Assembly: GCA_963733295.1 (NCBI GenBank)
Contig: CAVTCS010000003.1
Location: forward strand, 1,504,001-1,568,000
DNA length: 64,000 nucleotides
Source of the DNA: Vulcanimicrobiota bacterium
GTDB lineage: Bacteria > Vulcanimicrobiota > Vulcanimicrobiia > Vulcanimicrobiales > Vulcanimicrobiaceae
Direction of reading: 5' to 3'
How positions within the stretch are numbered: position 1 is the first letter of the stretch; each line of letters starts with the position of its first letter. Under the pieces are notes generated by a model. That model saw nothing but the letters and a program-made list of their open reading frames with translations. It was not told where the DNA came from and did not search any database. The translations under genes and the position numbers were made by a program. Shown one piece after another: positions 8,812 through 18,037 of this stretch.

Positions 8812-10971
8812 CTAAACCTTCTCGAGCGGAGCGTACTTGAGCATGACCATCTTCTGCCCGACGTTCGGGAAGTTGATGGTCAGCAGACCGTCACCGCCGG
8901 CACCCGTTACCGCAGCAACGAGCCCCTCGCCCCACTTCGGATGACGCACGCGGTCGCCGGGTTGGAGACCCAAGTGGATTCCGGCACCCGCGGTTTCGTG
9001 AATCGAGACCTCGCGCCAGCGTCCACCGGCCGGACGCGGAAGCGGCGCGACGCCGCCGAGCACTTCGACGCTCGGCATCTCGTCCAAGAAGCGCGAGCGC
9101 TGGTGTGCGAACGTGTTCCCATAGAGCGTGCGGCGCATCGCGTACGAGAGGTAGAGCCGATCCATTGCGCGGGTCACGCCGACGTAGGCGAGACGGCGCT
9201 CTTCTTCGAGCTCCGCCATGTCGTTTTGGGCGCGCTGGTTAGGGAAAACGCCCTCCTCCAGCCCGGTCAGGAAGACGATCGGCGATTCGAGCCCCTTGGC
9301 CGCGTGCATCGTCATCAGCGTGACGAACGACGAGTCCGGGTCGAGCGTATCCAGATCGCTGATCAACGCGATGTCCGAGAGGAACTGATCGAGCGAACTG
9401 TCGCTTTCCCGGCCCTCGAATTCGCGCGCGACGCCGATCAGCTCTTGCAGGTTCTCCAGACGCGAGCGGGCGTCGCTCGTGTCTTCGTTCTGCAGTTCGC
9501 GGATGTAACCCGATTCTTCCATGACGGCGACCAGCAAGTCCGAAATCGAAAGCTGCTCGACGCGCGAGCGCAGGTCGGTGATCAGCTCGGCGAAGCGCTC
9601 GAGCTCCTTCTGCTTCTTCGGCACGGCGCGGCGCAGCATTTCCTTGTCGAAGATCGTCTGACCGACGGAAACGCCGGCGCTGTTGGCCGCATCGACCAAG
9701 CTGGCCAGGGTTTGCTGCCCGATGCTGCGGCGCGGAACGTTGACGATGCGCCGGAAGGCGACCGCATCCGAGGGGTTCACGATGTAGCGCAGGTACGCCA
9801 TCATGTCCTTGACTTCGGTGCGCGCGTAAAATCCGACGCCGCCCACGACGCGATAGGGAATGCCTTCGCTCAGCAGGGTCTCTTCGAAGACGCGCGACTG
9901 GGCGTTGGTACGGTAGAGCGTTAGAAAGTCGCGATAGGCGGCTCCATCGCGTACGTGCTCTTTGATTTTCTCGACGACGTAGCGCGCTTCCATGCGTTCG
10001 GTCTCGGCACCGTAGGCGGTGACCGGTTCGCCGGCCGCGCGCTTCGTGAAGAGCACCTTGGCCGAACGCGACTGGTTGTTGAGGACCAGCTCGTTAGCGA
10101 CGTTCAGGATCGCTTCGGTGCTGCGGTAGTTCTCCTCGAGCTTGAAGATTTTCGCACCCGGAAAATCCTCTTCGAAGCGCAGGATGTTCTTGTAATCGCT
10201 GCCACGCCACGAATAGATCGACTGATCGTCGTCGCCGACGACGGTCAGGTTCTTGTGCTCTTCCGCCAAGATCGCACAGAGGCGGTATTGCGCGAAGTTG
10301 ACGTCCTGGTACTCGTCGACCAGGATGTACCGGAATTTGTTCTGATAGCGCGTGCGCACTTCTTCGTCTTGCTCGAGCAGACGAACCGTCTGCGAGATCA
10401 GATCGTCGAAGTCGAGGCCGTTGCTCTCGCGCAGACGCCGGTCGTACTCGCGATAGACTTTGGCCATCCGTTCGCCGAAGAACGACGTGTTCTGCGACTC
10501 GTACTTGTCGGGCGAGAGCAGCGCGTTCTTGGCCTTGCTGATCTCATCGAGGGCTGCGCCGGGGGAGATCTGACGCTCGTCGTAGTCGAGATCGTGCAGC
10601 ACGTCGCGCACGATCGCACGCTGATCCGTATCGTCCATGATTGCGAAGTTGGACGCAATGCCGATGCGCTTGCCGTCGCGGCGCAAAATGCGCACGCAGA
10701 CGGAATGGAAGGTTCCGACCCAGAGTTCGCGCGCCTTGGAGCCGATCATCGCTTCGAGACGAGACTTCATCTCGCTCGCCGCCTTGTTCGTGAAGGTTAC
10801 GGCGAGGATGCGATCCGGGAAGACACTTTTTTCGCTGAGGAGGTAGGCGATCCGGTGAGTGAGGACTCGGGTCTTGCCGCTTCCGGCACCTGCAAAAATG
10901 AGGACAGGCCCTTCGGTCTGCTCGACAGCATTCCGTTGGACCTCACTAAGAGCGTCAGTTTGGACAATCAT
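8812..10971 (-). CDS. pcrA: ATP-dependent DNA helicase PcrA/UvrD
   Basis: AGAGSGKT, TFTNKAA, VDEYQD, GDDDQSIY, LEENYRST, LMTMHAAKGLE, EERRLAYVGVTRA, C-terminal Tudor-like domain. Confidence 0.97.
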   Translation of the reverse strand: MIVQTDALSEVQRNAVEQTEGPVLIFAGAGSGKTRVLTHRIAYLLSEKSVFPDRILAVTFTNKAASEMKSRLEAMIGSKARELWVGTFHSVCVRILRRDGKRIGIASNFAIMDDTDQRAIVRDVLHDLDYDERQISPGAALDEISKAKNALLSPDKYESQNTSFFGERMAKVYREYDRRLRESNGLDFDDLISQTVRLLEQDEEVRTRYQNKFRYILVDEYQDVNFAQYRLCAILAEEHKNLTVVGDDDQSIYSWRGSDYKNILRFEEDFPGAKIFKLEENYRSTEAILNVANELVLNNQSRSAKVLFTKRAAGEPVTAYGAETERMEARYVVEKIKEHVRDGAAYRDFLTLYRTNAQSRVFEETLLSEGIPYRVVGGVGFYARTEVKDMMAYLRYIVNPSDAVAFRRIVNVPRRSIGQQTLASLVDAANSAGVSVGQTIFDKEMLRRAVPKKQKELERFAELITDLRSRVEQLSISDLLVAVMEESGYIRELQNEDTSDARSRLENLQELIGVAREFEGRESDSSLDQFLSDIALISDLDTLDPDSSFVTLMTMHAAKGLESPIVFLTGLEEGVFPNQRAQNDMAELEEERRLAYVGVTRAMDRLYLSYAMRRTLYGNTFAHQRSRFLDEMPSVEVLGGVAPLPRPAGGRWREVSIHETAGAGIHLGLQPGDRVRHPKWGEGLVAAVTGAGGDGLLTINFPNVGQKMVMLKYAPLEKV

Positions 10972-11057
10972 CAGACGGTAACTATTCGCCGCGGACGGCC
11001 TATGCGCCTCGGCGCAACCTGACGGTTACGCGGCGCGCCCAGGAACCTCGGGATTCT

Positions 11058-12117
11058 CTAGCGCGCGATGCGCAGGACGTTGCGGGACGGCTGCGCGACG
11101 GCGAGCGCGCTCGCGAGGTACGCGAGGGTCGATTCGGCCCCCATGTTCTCGTTGACCCAGTTCCGTTCGAGTCCATCGCGGCAACCGGCGCCGCGCACGA
11201 CCTCGAGCTGCTCCGAGTTGCTCCCGTGGAACCAACCGAAGGCCGATTCCGCGGTGCGCAAATAGCGCAGTAGGCCGGTTAAACCGTAGGCTTCGAGGCA
11301 CGCGTCGACCATCGCGGCGGCTTCGAGCGGCTGCTGCCCGAAGCGCGCACGCTCGCCACCGCGTGCGTACCAGCCGTCGTTTCCGATCGGAATAAACACG
11401 CCCTCGTCGACGACGACCGACTCGTAGAAGTTCAGCGTGCGGAGGCCCGCCTCGACCCAGCCGCGTTCGTCAAGCACCGAACCTATTCGGAGAAGCGCCT
11501 CAGGCAAGCGAGCATTGTCGTAGGTCATCCGCTCTTCGAACCAGTCCCAGCCGTCGCAGCGAACGGCGTTGCGGCGGTCGATGAGATCCTGCGCGATCGA
11601 GCGCAGAGCTGCTTCGATGCCGGCGTGCCGCCGGTCTACGGCTTCGAACGCATGCGTGAGTCCGATGCCGGCGTATGCGCGGGCGCGCAAGTGGTTCATA
11701 CCCACGACGTTGGGAAGCGCCCGCTCCAGCATGCGGCGGCAAACGTCCCGCCACTCGTCGCGCGGCGCATAACGCATTCCATAGCCGAGCGCCCAGATCG
11801 CGCGGCCGTTCGCATCTTCAGTTCCGCGTCTCGTCGAGCCAGGTCCGATCGTAGGCCATGAAGTTCCGGAAGATGCCGTCCTGGCGCTGGGCGTGGTGGA
11901 GGAAGGCGAGGTAGATCCGGCCCAGCCGGACCGCCGGCTCGCGCAAGCGGTCGTACTGCGCTGCCGCGACGGCGACGAGAAATGCCCGCGACACGTCGTC
12001 GGTGCAGTAGCCGGTTTCCCGGTTCGGCAGATCGGTGACCGCATGCTGAATCACGCCGACGTCGTCGCTCAACGCGATCAGGTGGTCGAGCGAGGGCGGC
12101 TGGAGCGTAGGGCGCAT
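11058..12117 (-). pseudogene. Six-hairpin-glycosidase-like partner of the GT4 glycosyltransferase, split by a +1 frameshift near 11829 (real or assembly error)
   Basis: First frame QHA..GYCTDD..FRNFMAYDRTWLDE stops at 11818; second frame continues RGTEDANGRAIWALG..WFEERMTYDNARLP..FGQQPLE..NMGAESTL. Confidence 0.8.
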
Positions 12118-12118
12118 C

Positions 12119-13327
12119 CTAGGCTGGTCGCACCAATTCGGTTGCTTCGAAAACCTCAGGAACCAGCTCCGCAAAGACCCGCCCGTAGCCCTTCGCCACT
12201 TGGGGCCAGGTCATCTGCCGCCCAAAGCGATAGGCGCGTCGCTCGGTCGCGCGGCGGAGCCAGCGGTCGTCCAGCAACTCGAGGACGGCGTCCCCTAGCG
12301 CTTCGGGATCGTGGAACGGCGTCAGGAAACCGCGCTGGTGCGCGAGCAACTCCATGGCGTACAAGTACGGCGTCGAAACGATCGCCTTGCCCAATCCCAC
12401 CGCATACGCCAGCGTTCCGCTCACGATCTGCACCGGGTTCGTGTACGGCGTCAAATAGATGTCGGTCGCGCCCAAATAACTGACCAGCTCGTCGAACTCG
12501 AGATAACGATCGACCAGCGAAACGTTGTTTTGCAACCCGAAATCGGCCACCATCTGCACGAGCGACTCGCGATACGATTCGCCTTCGTTACGGCGCACGC
12601 CCGGATGCGTTTGCCCCAGGATCAAGTAGAGCGCTTCGGGATGGCGCTTGACGACTTTGCGCATCGCTTGGATCCCGTACTCGAGACCCTTGCCGCGACT
12701 GATCAAACCGAACGTCGAGATGACCATGCGCTGTCCAACGCCGAACGACGCTTTCAGCGCGTCGGTCGAACGGAAGGGAACGTCCGGAACGCCGTGATGA
12801 ATCACGTGCGTTTTGTCGGGGTCTGCGCCGTACGTGTTGACGAGGATATCTTTGCCCGTCTGCGACAGCACGACGACGGCATCCGAGAGATCGCAAATGC
12901 GACGCGCGACTTCGCGATGCGCCGGCGACGGATCGGGCAGCACGGTGTGCAACGAAGTGACCGCCGGCTTCTCGAGGTCCTCGAGGAAATCCAGGAACCA
13001 CGAGCCGTCCGGTCCACCGAAGAGTCCGTACTCGTGCTGGATATTCACGAGACCCGCGGGGTCGTCGTTCGCGAACATTGCCGCACGCCGGTACGACGCG
13101 CGATCCTCTTGCGAGAGACGCGCGATGACGCCTGACTTGTAGTTGCGGATCTCGCCCCCAGGCTCGTCGATCGCGATCACGCCGCTCGTAATCCCAAATG
13201 CGCGGTCGAAGCTGTCGACCACGTCCTTCGTGAATGTGGCGATGCCGCACTCTCGCGGCGGAAACGATCCGACGAAGAGCGTACGCGGTGGCCGTGGGTT
13301 CAGATTAGCGGGCGCTAGTTCCAGCAA
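12119..13327 (-). CDS. Glycosyltransferase family 4
   Basis: PPRECGIATF, QHEYGLFG, HHGVP, KGLE, SGTLAYA..KAIVSTPY; TTG start with GAGGA SD. Confidence 0.93.
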   Translation of the reverse strand: MLELAPANLNPRPPRTLFVGSFPPRECGIATFTKDVVDSFDRAFGITSGVIAIDEPGGEIRNYKSGVIARLSQEDRASYRRAAMFANDDPAGLVNIQHEYGLFGGPDGSWFLDFLEDLEKPAVTSLHTVLPDPSPAHREVARRICDLSDAVVVLSQTGKDILVNTYGADPDKTHVIHHGVPDVPFRSTDALKASFGVGQRMVISTFGLISRGKGLEYGIQAMRKVVKRHPEALYLILGQTHPGVRRNEGESYRESLVQMVADFGLQNNVSLVDRYLEFDELVSYLGATDIYLTPYTNPVQIVSGTLAYAVGLGKAIVSTPYLYAMELLAHQRGFLTPFHDPEALGDAVLELLDDRWLRRATERRAYRFGRQMTWPQVAKGYGRVFAELVPEVFEATELVRPA

Positions 13328-13359
13328 GTAAATTCCTCGCGTGCTTTCTTCTCGAGAAA

Positions 13360-13385
13360 TTACCCGTTAATGAGAACGGCAAACC
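13360..13385 (-). promoter_or_regulatory. Putative SigB/SigF-type (general stress) promoter of the GT4 operon
   Basis: GGTTT-15 nt-GGGTAA on the minus strand about 30 nt upstream of the start. Confidence 0.5.
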
Positions 13386-13418
13386 AGGAGAACGGTAGCA
13401 GACCGATGGGATATTCAT

Positions 13419-14468
13419 CTAGATGTTCGCGACTTCATGGGCAGAAAGCCTTGAATCAGGGGCAACCGTGGTGCCGGAATCTATTTCCACCTGATGTCCG
13501 ATGACCGATCCGGTGCCGATTTGCGCGCCGGTTCCGACGTGGACCCGATCGGCAAGAATCGCACCATCGATTTCGGCATCGGCATCGACGACGACGTCGT
13601 CCCAGAGAACCGAATCACGCACGATTGCACCTGGACCGATTTTCACGCGTGCACCGAGAATCGCGTAGGGGCCAACTGTTGCACTCTCGTCGATTTCGGA
13701 GTCCTCTCCGACATAACTCGGCTTGCGCACGTTGGAGGGCGGCTCAGTGAGCATTCCGAGGCTCAGTTTGCCGTCAAGCACGTCGCGGTGCGCTTGAACG
13801 TACTGCTCGGGCCGCCCCACGTCGAGCCAATAGTCGTTCGTGGTGTATGCGTAAAACCGCTCACCGGCCGCGATTAGTTGCGGGAACGTCTGCCGCTCGA
13901 TTGAGACTTTTCCCGGGGGGATGGCATCCAGGACCGCGCGCTCCAGGAGATAGGTGCCCGCATTGATCTCGTTGCTGGGCTCCTGGCCCCGAGGCGGCTT
14001 CTCGACGAACGCCGAGATTTTGCCGTCCGCGTCGTGAACGACGCAACCAAAGGCCGAGGGGTCGTCGACCCGTATCAGATGCAGAGTTCCCAGTCCGCCT
14101 TTGCGGCGGTGGTACTCGAGCATTCCACGGAGATCGAGGCCGGTGAGAATGTCTCCATTTAAAACGAAGAACGCGCCGGTGATAAGGTGCGAAACGTTGC
14201 GCAGCGCGCCGGCTGTTCCGAGGGGACTCTCCTCGACGACGTACGCTAGGTGCACCCCGAGGCGCGAGCCGTCGCCGAAACGATCCTCGATCGCCTGCGG
14301 CAGATAGCCCGCGGCGAGGATCACGTCGTCGACCCCGGCCGCGTGCAGCCGCTCGATCGTGCGTTCCAAGAACGGCACTCCGAGCAGCGGGACCATCGGC
14401 TTGGGCGTGCCGTAGGTCAGCGGGCGGAGCCGGGTGCCCTCACCACCGACGAGGATAACAGCCTGCAA
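13419..14468 (-). CDS. NDP-sugar synthase / mannose-1-phosphate guanylyltransferase-like (second paralog)
   Basis: AVILVGGEGTRLRPLT..PKPM, PLGTAGA, NGDI, FVEKP, INAGTY, WLDVG, hexapeptide tail; TTG start with GGGAG SD. Confidence 0.93.
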   Translation of the reverse strand: MQAVILVGGEGTRLRPLTYGTPKPMVPLLGVPFLERTIERLHAAGVDDVILAAGYLPQAIEDRFGDGSRLGVHLAYVVEESPLGTAGALRNVSHLITGAFFVLNGDILTGLDLRGMLEYHRRKGGLGTLHLIRVDDPSAFGCVVHDADGKISAFVEKPPRGQEPSNEINAGTYLLERAVLDAIPPGKVSIERQTFPQLIAAGERFYAYTTNDYWLDVGRPEQYVQAHRDVLDGKLSLGMLTEPPSNVRKPSYVGEDSEIDESATVGPYAILGARVKIGPGAIVRDSVLWDDVVVDADAEIDGAILADRVHVGTGAQIGTGSVIGHQVEIDSGTTVAPDSRLSAHEVANI

Positions 14469-14654
14469 AGAATCTCCCTAAAGGTAAGCTTCGGACAGAG
14501 ACTCTTCGGTATTGCCCAGGTCAGGTGCTTTCAAAGCGAGGGCAACGCGTGATTGCGTGATTGGCAGATTCTCAGGCCGTCGATTGGCATTCATGCCACG
14601 ATCGCTGCGCACTCGAACGACCGGCAAACAAAAAGGAGTTCGGTTACCTTGAGT

Positions 14655-14668
14655 CGAACATACGTTCG
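14655..14668 (+). promoter_or_regulatory. LexA-type SOS box abutting the HNH start
   Basis: CGAAC-ATAC-GTTCG matches the Gram-positive/actinobacterial CGAAC-N4-GTTCG consensus; in-frame GTG at 14669. Confidence 0.65.
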
Positions 14669-15239
14669 GTGTCGCGGCTAAGGATAAATTGGCCGGAAGT
14701 GCAGCGTTTTCACGACGCCGGGAACGATAGAAACGCCTGCTGCGCCAAATTCGGGTTCACGATGGGAGTCTGGTACCGGGCGATGTACCGTGGCCGCATT
14801 CGGCCGCAGCCTTGCCACATAAAGCGGTATAACTGGGTAGCGGTGCAGGCGTTCTACGACGAAGGACACACGTTCGAGGAGTGCATAGCGCGCTTCGGCT
14901 TCTGCCGAGCGAGCTGGTCGAAATCGGTGAAGGCCGGCCGGATGATGCCGCGGCCGCAGCGCAAGCCGCTCCACGTCATCTTAAACTCGCGCCACAGGTG
15001 CACGATCAAGAGACGCTTGCTAGAGGCTGGTATACTCAAAAACGTCTGTTCCGAGTGCGGGATCAGCGAGTGGAGGGGCAAGCCCCTGTCCATCCAAATC
15101 GACCACGTCAACGGCGTCCGAGACGACCACCGCATCGAAAATCTGCGGATGCTCTTGTCCCAACTGCCACAGCCAAACCGAAACGTTCGCCGCAAAGAAT
15201 AGCTATAGAACTAAACTAAAACGATCCCGGGTAGCTTAA
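14669..15239 (+). CDS. HNH endonuclease with tandem N-terminal repeat; +1 frameshift at about 15155 (as written the ORF stops at 15202)
   Basis: CSECG..W.GKPLSIQIDHVNG..DHRIENLRML; removing one T at 15155 restores CPNCHSQT and a TAA at 15237-15239 inside tRNA-Gln. Confidence 0.85.
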
Positions 15240-15300
15240 TTGGCGGAGCACCTGACTCTGAATCAGGGGGTTGGTGGTTCGAGTCCACCCCCGGGAGCCA
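15225..15300 (+). tRNA. tRNA-Gln (CTG)
   Basis: TCCCGGG/CCCGGGA acceptor stem, CCTGA-CTCTGAA-TCAGG anticodon arm, GGTTCGAGTCC T-arm, encoded CCA. Confidence 0.96.
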
Positions 15301-15306
15301 AGACAT

Positions 15307-15379
15307 GGCCCTATCGTCTAGAGGCCTAGGACGCCGCCCTCTCACGGCGGTAACACGGGTTCGAATCCCGTTGGGGCTA
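15307..15379 (+). tRNA. tRNA-Glu (CTC)
   Basis: GGCCCTA/TGGGGCT acceptor, CCGCC-CTCTCAC-GGCGG anticodon arm, GGTTCGAATCC; no encoded CCA. Confidence 0.96.
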
Positions 15380-15385
15380 AACTCG

Positions 15386-15410
15386 AAACCGCGTAACCAC
15401 GCGGTTTTTT
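15386..15410 (+). terminator. Intrinsic terminator after the tRNA pair
   Basis: AAACCGCGT-AACC-ACGCGGTTT followed by further Ts. Confidence 0.8.
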
Positions 15411-15450
15411 CGTTGTCTGGAGCTCGAAACGCAACCGCGAGCGCTAGACA

Positions 15451-16608
15451 CTATTCGTTTGGCACGATCAGTTTCATCGCGTCGAAATCGAACGTGAGCG
15501 CGGTCGGGCGGAAGAATACGTGCGAGAGCGTGCCTGCGACCTCGAACGGGAAGAGCTTGTACTGGTCGCCGTCGGGGAAGTAGAGCCCGGGCATGTCGTT
15601 GCGCACCGCCGTACCGAGCGACACCGATGCGGCCGTGAAGGGCAGCGCGCGCGCCTCGCCCGCACCGCCGGTGAACTCCGCGCCCTTCGAGGCATCCGGC
15701 GTGATGTGCGCTGCGTCGAGCGCGGCTTTCGTCAGTTGCACGCCGAGATCGGTGCCGCCGGTATCGATGTTGAACAGCGCCTCCGGCGCGTCGTTGACGC
15801 GTCCCCGCGCGAAGATGAAGTGATCGGCGACCAGCCACATCGGGACGATCGTGTCGCCGCTCTTGGCAGCGGCAGCCTCGAAGGCGGCCGACGAAGAGTG
15901 CGGCCGCAGGATCAGTTTGCCGTGGACGTAGTCGATCGTCGAGAGAAACCGGTACAGGAACGCCGTGCCGATCGCGCCGTCGAGTTGGTGCCCCGCAAGT
16001 TGTAGCTCGCCGGGCAGAATGTTCGACGGGATGCCGCTCACGGTCAACCCCGGGACGGCGAACGAGTCGATGCGTCCCTCCCGTACCTCGGCCGTCTTTC
16101 CGCCCAAGAACACGCCTTCGCCGGCGGCGTGCGTGGGGACGTGCAAGCGCTCTGCCGCCGCCGGCGTGAGAGCGATCGAGGGCGCGCCGGTGTCGATGAA
16201 GAGCAGCGCATCGGCGCCGTTGATCTTCACCCGCACCAGCGGCAGCGGATCGGTCGCGACGAATGGGACGTCCACCTCCGGCGTCGTCATCGCGATCCGG
16301 AAGTCCCGAGCATTCGGTTCGCGGCCTTCGAGCGCGCGCAAGCGCGCGGCGATGCGCGAGTTGGACGGATCGAGCTGCGTGGCTTTCATAAGGTAGGTCC
16401 GCGCGGCGGGCAGGTGGTTGCGGTAGAGCTCGATCGTGCCGAGCCCGAGCACGGCGCCGGCATCGTTCGGGTTCGCGGCCACCGCGGACGAGTACGCTGC
16501 GAACGCGGCATCGAAATCTCCGTGCCGGAACGCGAGGTCGCCCGCGCTCGGCGCGGGCGTCGCCTGCGCGACGAGCGCGCTCAGAGTAAAGAGGGCGGCG
16601 AGCTGCAC
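15451..16608 (-). CDS. Secreted TPR + tandem retropepsin-like aspartyl protease
   Basis: Signal peptide, TPR-like segment, two DTG motifs (FIDTGA, NIDTGG), GAIG. Confidence 0.85.
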   Translation of the reverse strand: MQLAALFTLSALVAQATPAPSAGDLAFRHGDFDAAFAAYSSAVAANPNDAGAVLGLGTIELYRNHLPAARTYLMKATQLDPSNSRIAARLRALEGREPNARDFRIAMTTPEVDVPFVATDPLPLVRVKINGADALLFIDTGAPSIALTPAAAERLHVPTHAAGEGVFLGGKTAEVREGRIDSFAVPGLTVSGIPSNILPGELQLAGHQLDGAIGTAFLYRFLSTIDYVHGKLILRPHSSSAAFEAAAAKSGDTIVPMWLVADHFIFARGRVNDAPEALFNIDTGGTDLGVQLTKAALDAAHITPDASKGAEFTGGAGEARALPFTAASVSLGTAVRNDMPGLYFPDGDQYKLFPFEVAGTLSHVFFRPTALTFDFDAMKLIVPNE

Positions 16609-16708
16609 TGAGGATCCTCCCTACGACGGAGCGGTTCCCAGCCGGTACTCACGAGGCGCGCGCGGTGTTTCACCTTGCGCGCGCAGCCTTAGCGCGGCAC
16701 CGCCAAAA

Positions 16709-17077
16709 CTACGACGGACTCGTGGACTGATGAATCGTGATCCGGTTGCCTTCTGGATCGCAAAACGACGCCTGCCTACAGACGGCTCCCTCGAAGCGAT
16801 CTTCGATCGTTATCCCGCTCGCTTGCAGCGAGTCGACTGACTCCTCAAGGTTGTCGACTTCGAAATAGATGCTGGCGGCGGACCCAGCGGCGCGGTTTGT
16901 CCATTCCGCGGCCATAAGGCTGAAGCAGCCGTCGCCGAGGTGAGCTTCATTGTACTTCTCGACGCCATCCTCGAGGTACGGCCTGGCAAAACGCAAGCCG
17001 AGCTTCTCTTCGTACCAGCGCCGCGTTCCGGCAACGTCGTCCGATGGATACGCGATATATGCAATGTGCTTTATCAT
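16709..17077 (-). CDS. VOC/glyoxalase family protein
   Basis: MIKHIAYIAYP..WYEEKLGL..FEVDNLE..FCDPEGNRITIHQ. Confidence 0.88.
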   Translation of the reverse strand: MIKHIAYIAYPSDDVAGTRRWYEEKLGLRFARPYLEDGVEKYNEAHLGDGCFSLMAAEWTNRAAGSAASIYFEVDNLEESVDSLQASGITIEDRFEGAVCRQASFCDPEGNRITIHQSTSPS

Positions 17078-17309
17078 GATGGTCTTCTTTTGAAGATCCA
17101 CTCGCTTTTCCCATTCGCTTCGATCGATTTTCGGCATCCCCAAACGGATTGAACCCAGCCTGCCGGCGGCGAGGATGGCGAACCATCTGCCGCTCACGGC
17201 GCCGAGACGGCTGGACGCACGAGTTCTTCGCTCAATTCCCAGAGCCGTAGAGTCGACCCTCGACTGGGCTCACTCGTTGCGTACGTTCAAGGATAAATCC
17301 GCACCGGCC

Positions 17310-17969
17310 GTGGATTTGACTTCCGTGGCCTCGCGGTCAATCTTTGTTCTTGGGACGCTTGCCGCTGTCGCTGCTACATCGGGGTTGCCCGCCCGAGCGG
17401 TCTCCGGACGCGCGCCGCGGCCGGGTCCGTACTGCGCCCCCTTGCGCAAGGGTGCCTCGAACTCGGGTTTCGACTTCAACCTTCATTTGCTCGACGGCGA
17501 TGGTGCGGTCTTTGAGTTTTCCTCAACGCGGGGGACCGCTGTGTGGCTGAATTTTTGCGCCACGTGGTGCGCACCGTGCAATGAGGAATGTTCTCGGATT
17601 GTACGACTAGCGGAACACTATAAGCCGTACGGCTTGAGCACGATTGCCATCGATGTTGGAGAACCGGCCCAGCCGGTGCGCGACTTTCGCGACCGCTATA
17701 GGATCTCGTTCCCAATTGCAATGGACCCAAAGGAAATCGTGTATCGGGCTTTTGGTCGACTCGGTTACCCTACGCATGCATTTTTCGATCGGGAAGGCCG
17801 CGTAACGTGCATCGTGGCGGGCGGTCTCGAGCTTTTTGAGATGGACAATGAGATTGCTGTCGCGCTCGGCGGCAATCCCGTTCTCCCCGCTCAGACGCCC
17901 GCGCCGGACACCTCGCCTGTCACGCCTGCAGCCTCGCCCGATGAACGCACTACAACGTCTGCGACTTGA
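17310..17969 (+). CDS. Exported TlpA-like thiol-disulfide oxidoreductase
   Basis: WLNFCATWCAPCNEE, FPIAMD, GYPTHAFFDREG; signal-like N-terminus; start uncertain (17175-17325). Confidence 0.85.
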   Translation: MDLTSVASRSIFVLGTLAAVAATSGLPARAVSGRAPRPGPYCAPLRKGASNSGFDFNLHLLDGDGAVFEFSSTRGTAVWLNFCATWCAPCNEECSRIVRLAEHYKPYGLSTIAIDVGEPAQPVRDFRDRYRISFPIAMDPKEIVYRAFGRLGYPTHAFFDREGRVTCIVAGGLELFEMDNEIAVALGGNPVLPAQTPAPDTSPVTPAASPDERTTTSAT

Positions 17970-18037
17970 ACGAACGTTAACGTGCAGCAGCGCACGATCG
18001 CTGCGCGCGCGAGCGCACATCGCGCGCCGCAGGAAAG

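Noticed and set aside
7880..11022. Long plus-strand ORFs opposite dapB and pcrA (and similar shadows elsewhere)
   Set aside because: Antisense shadows expected from high-GC codon bias; no family motifs
15305..15583. 92-aa ORF starting MALSSRGLGRRPL
   Set aside because: Translation of tRNA-Glu and the terminator
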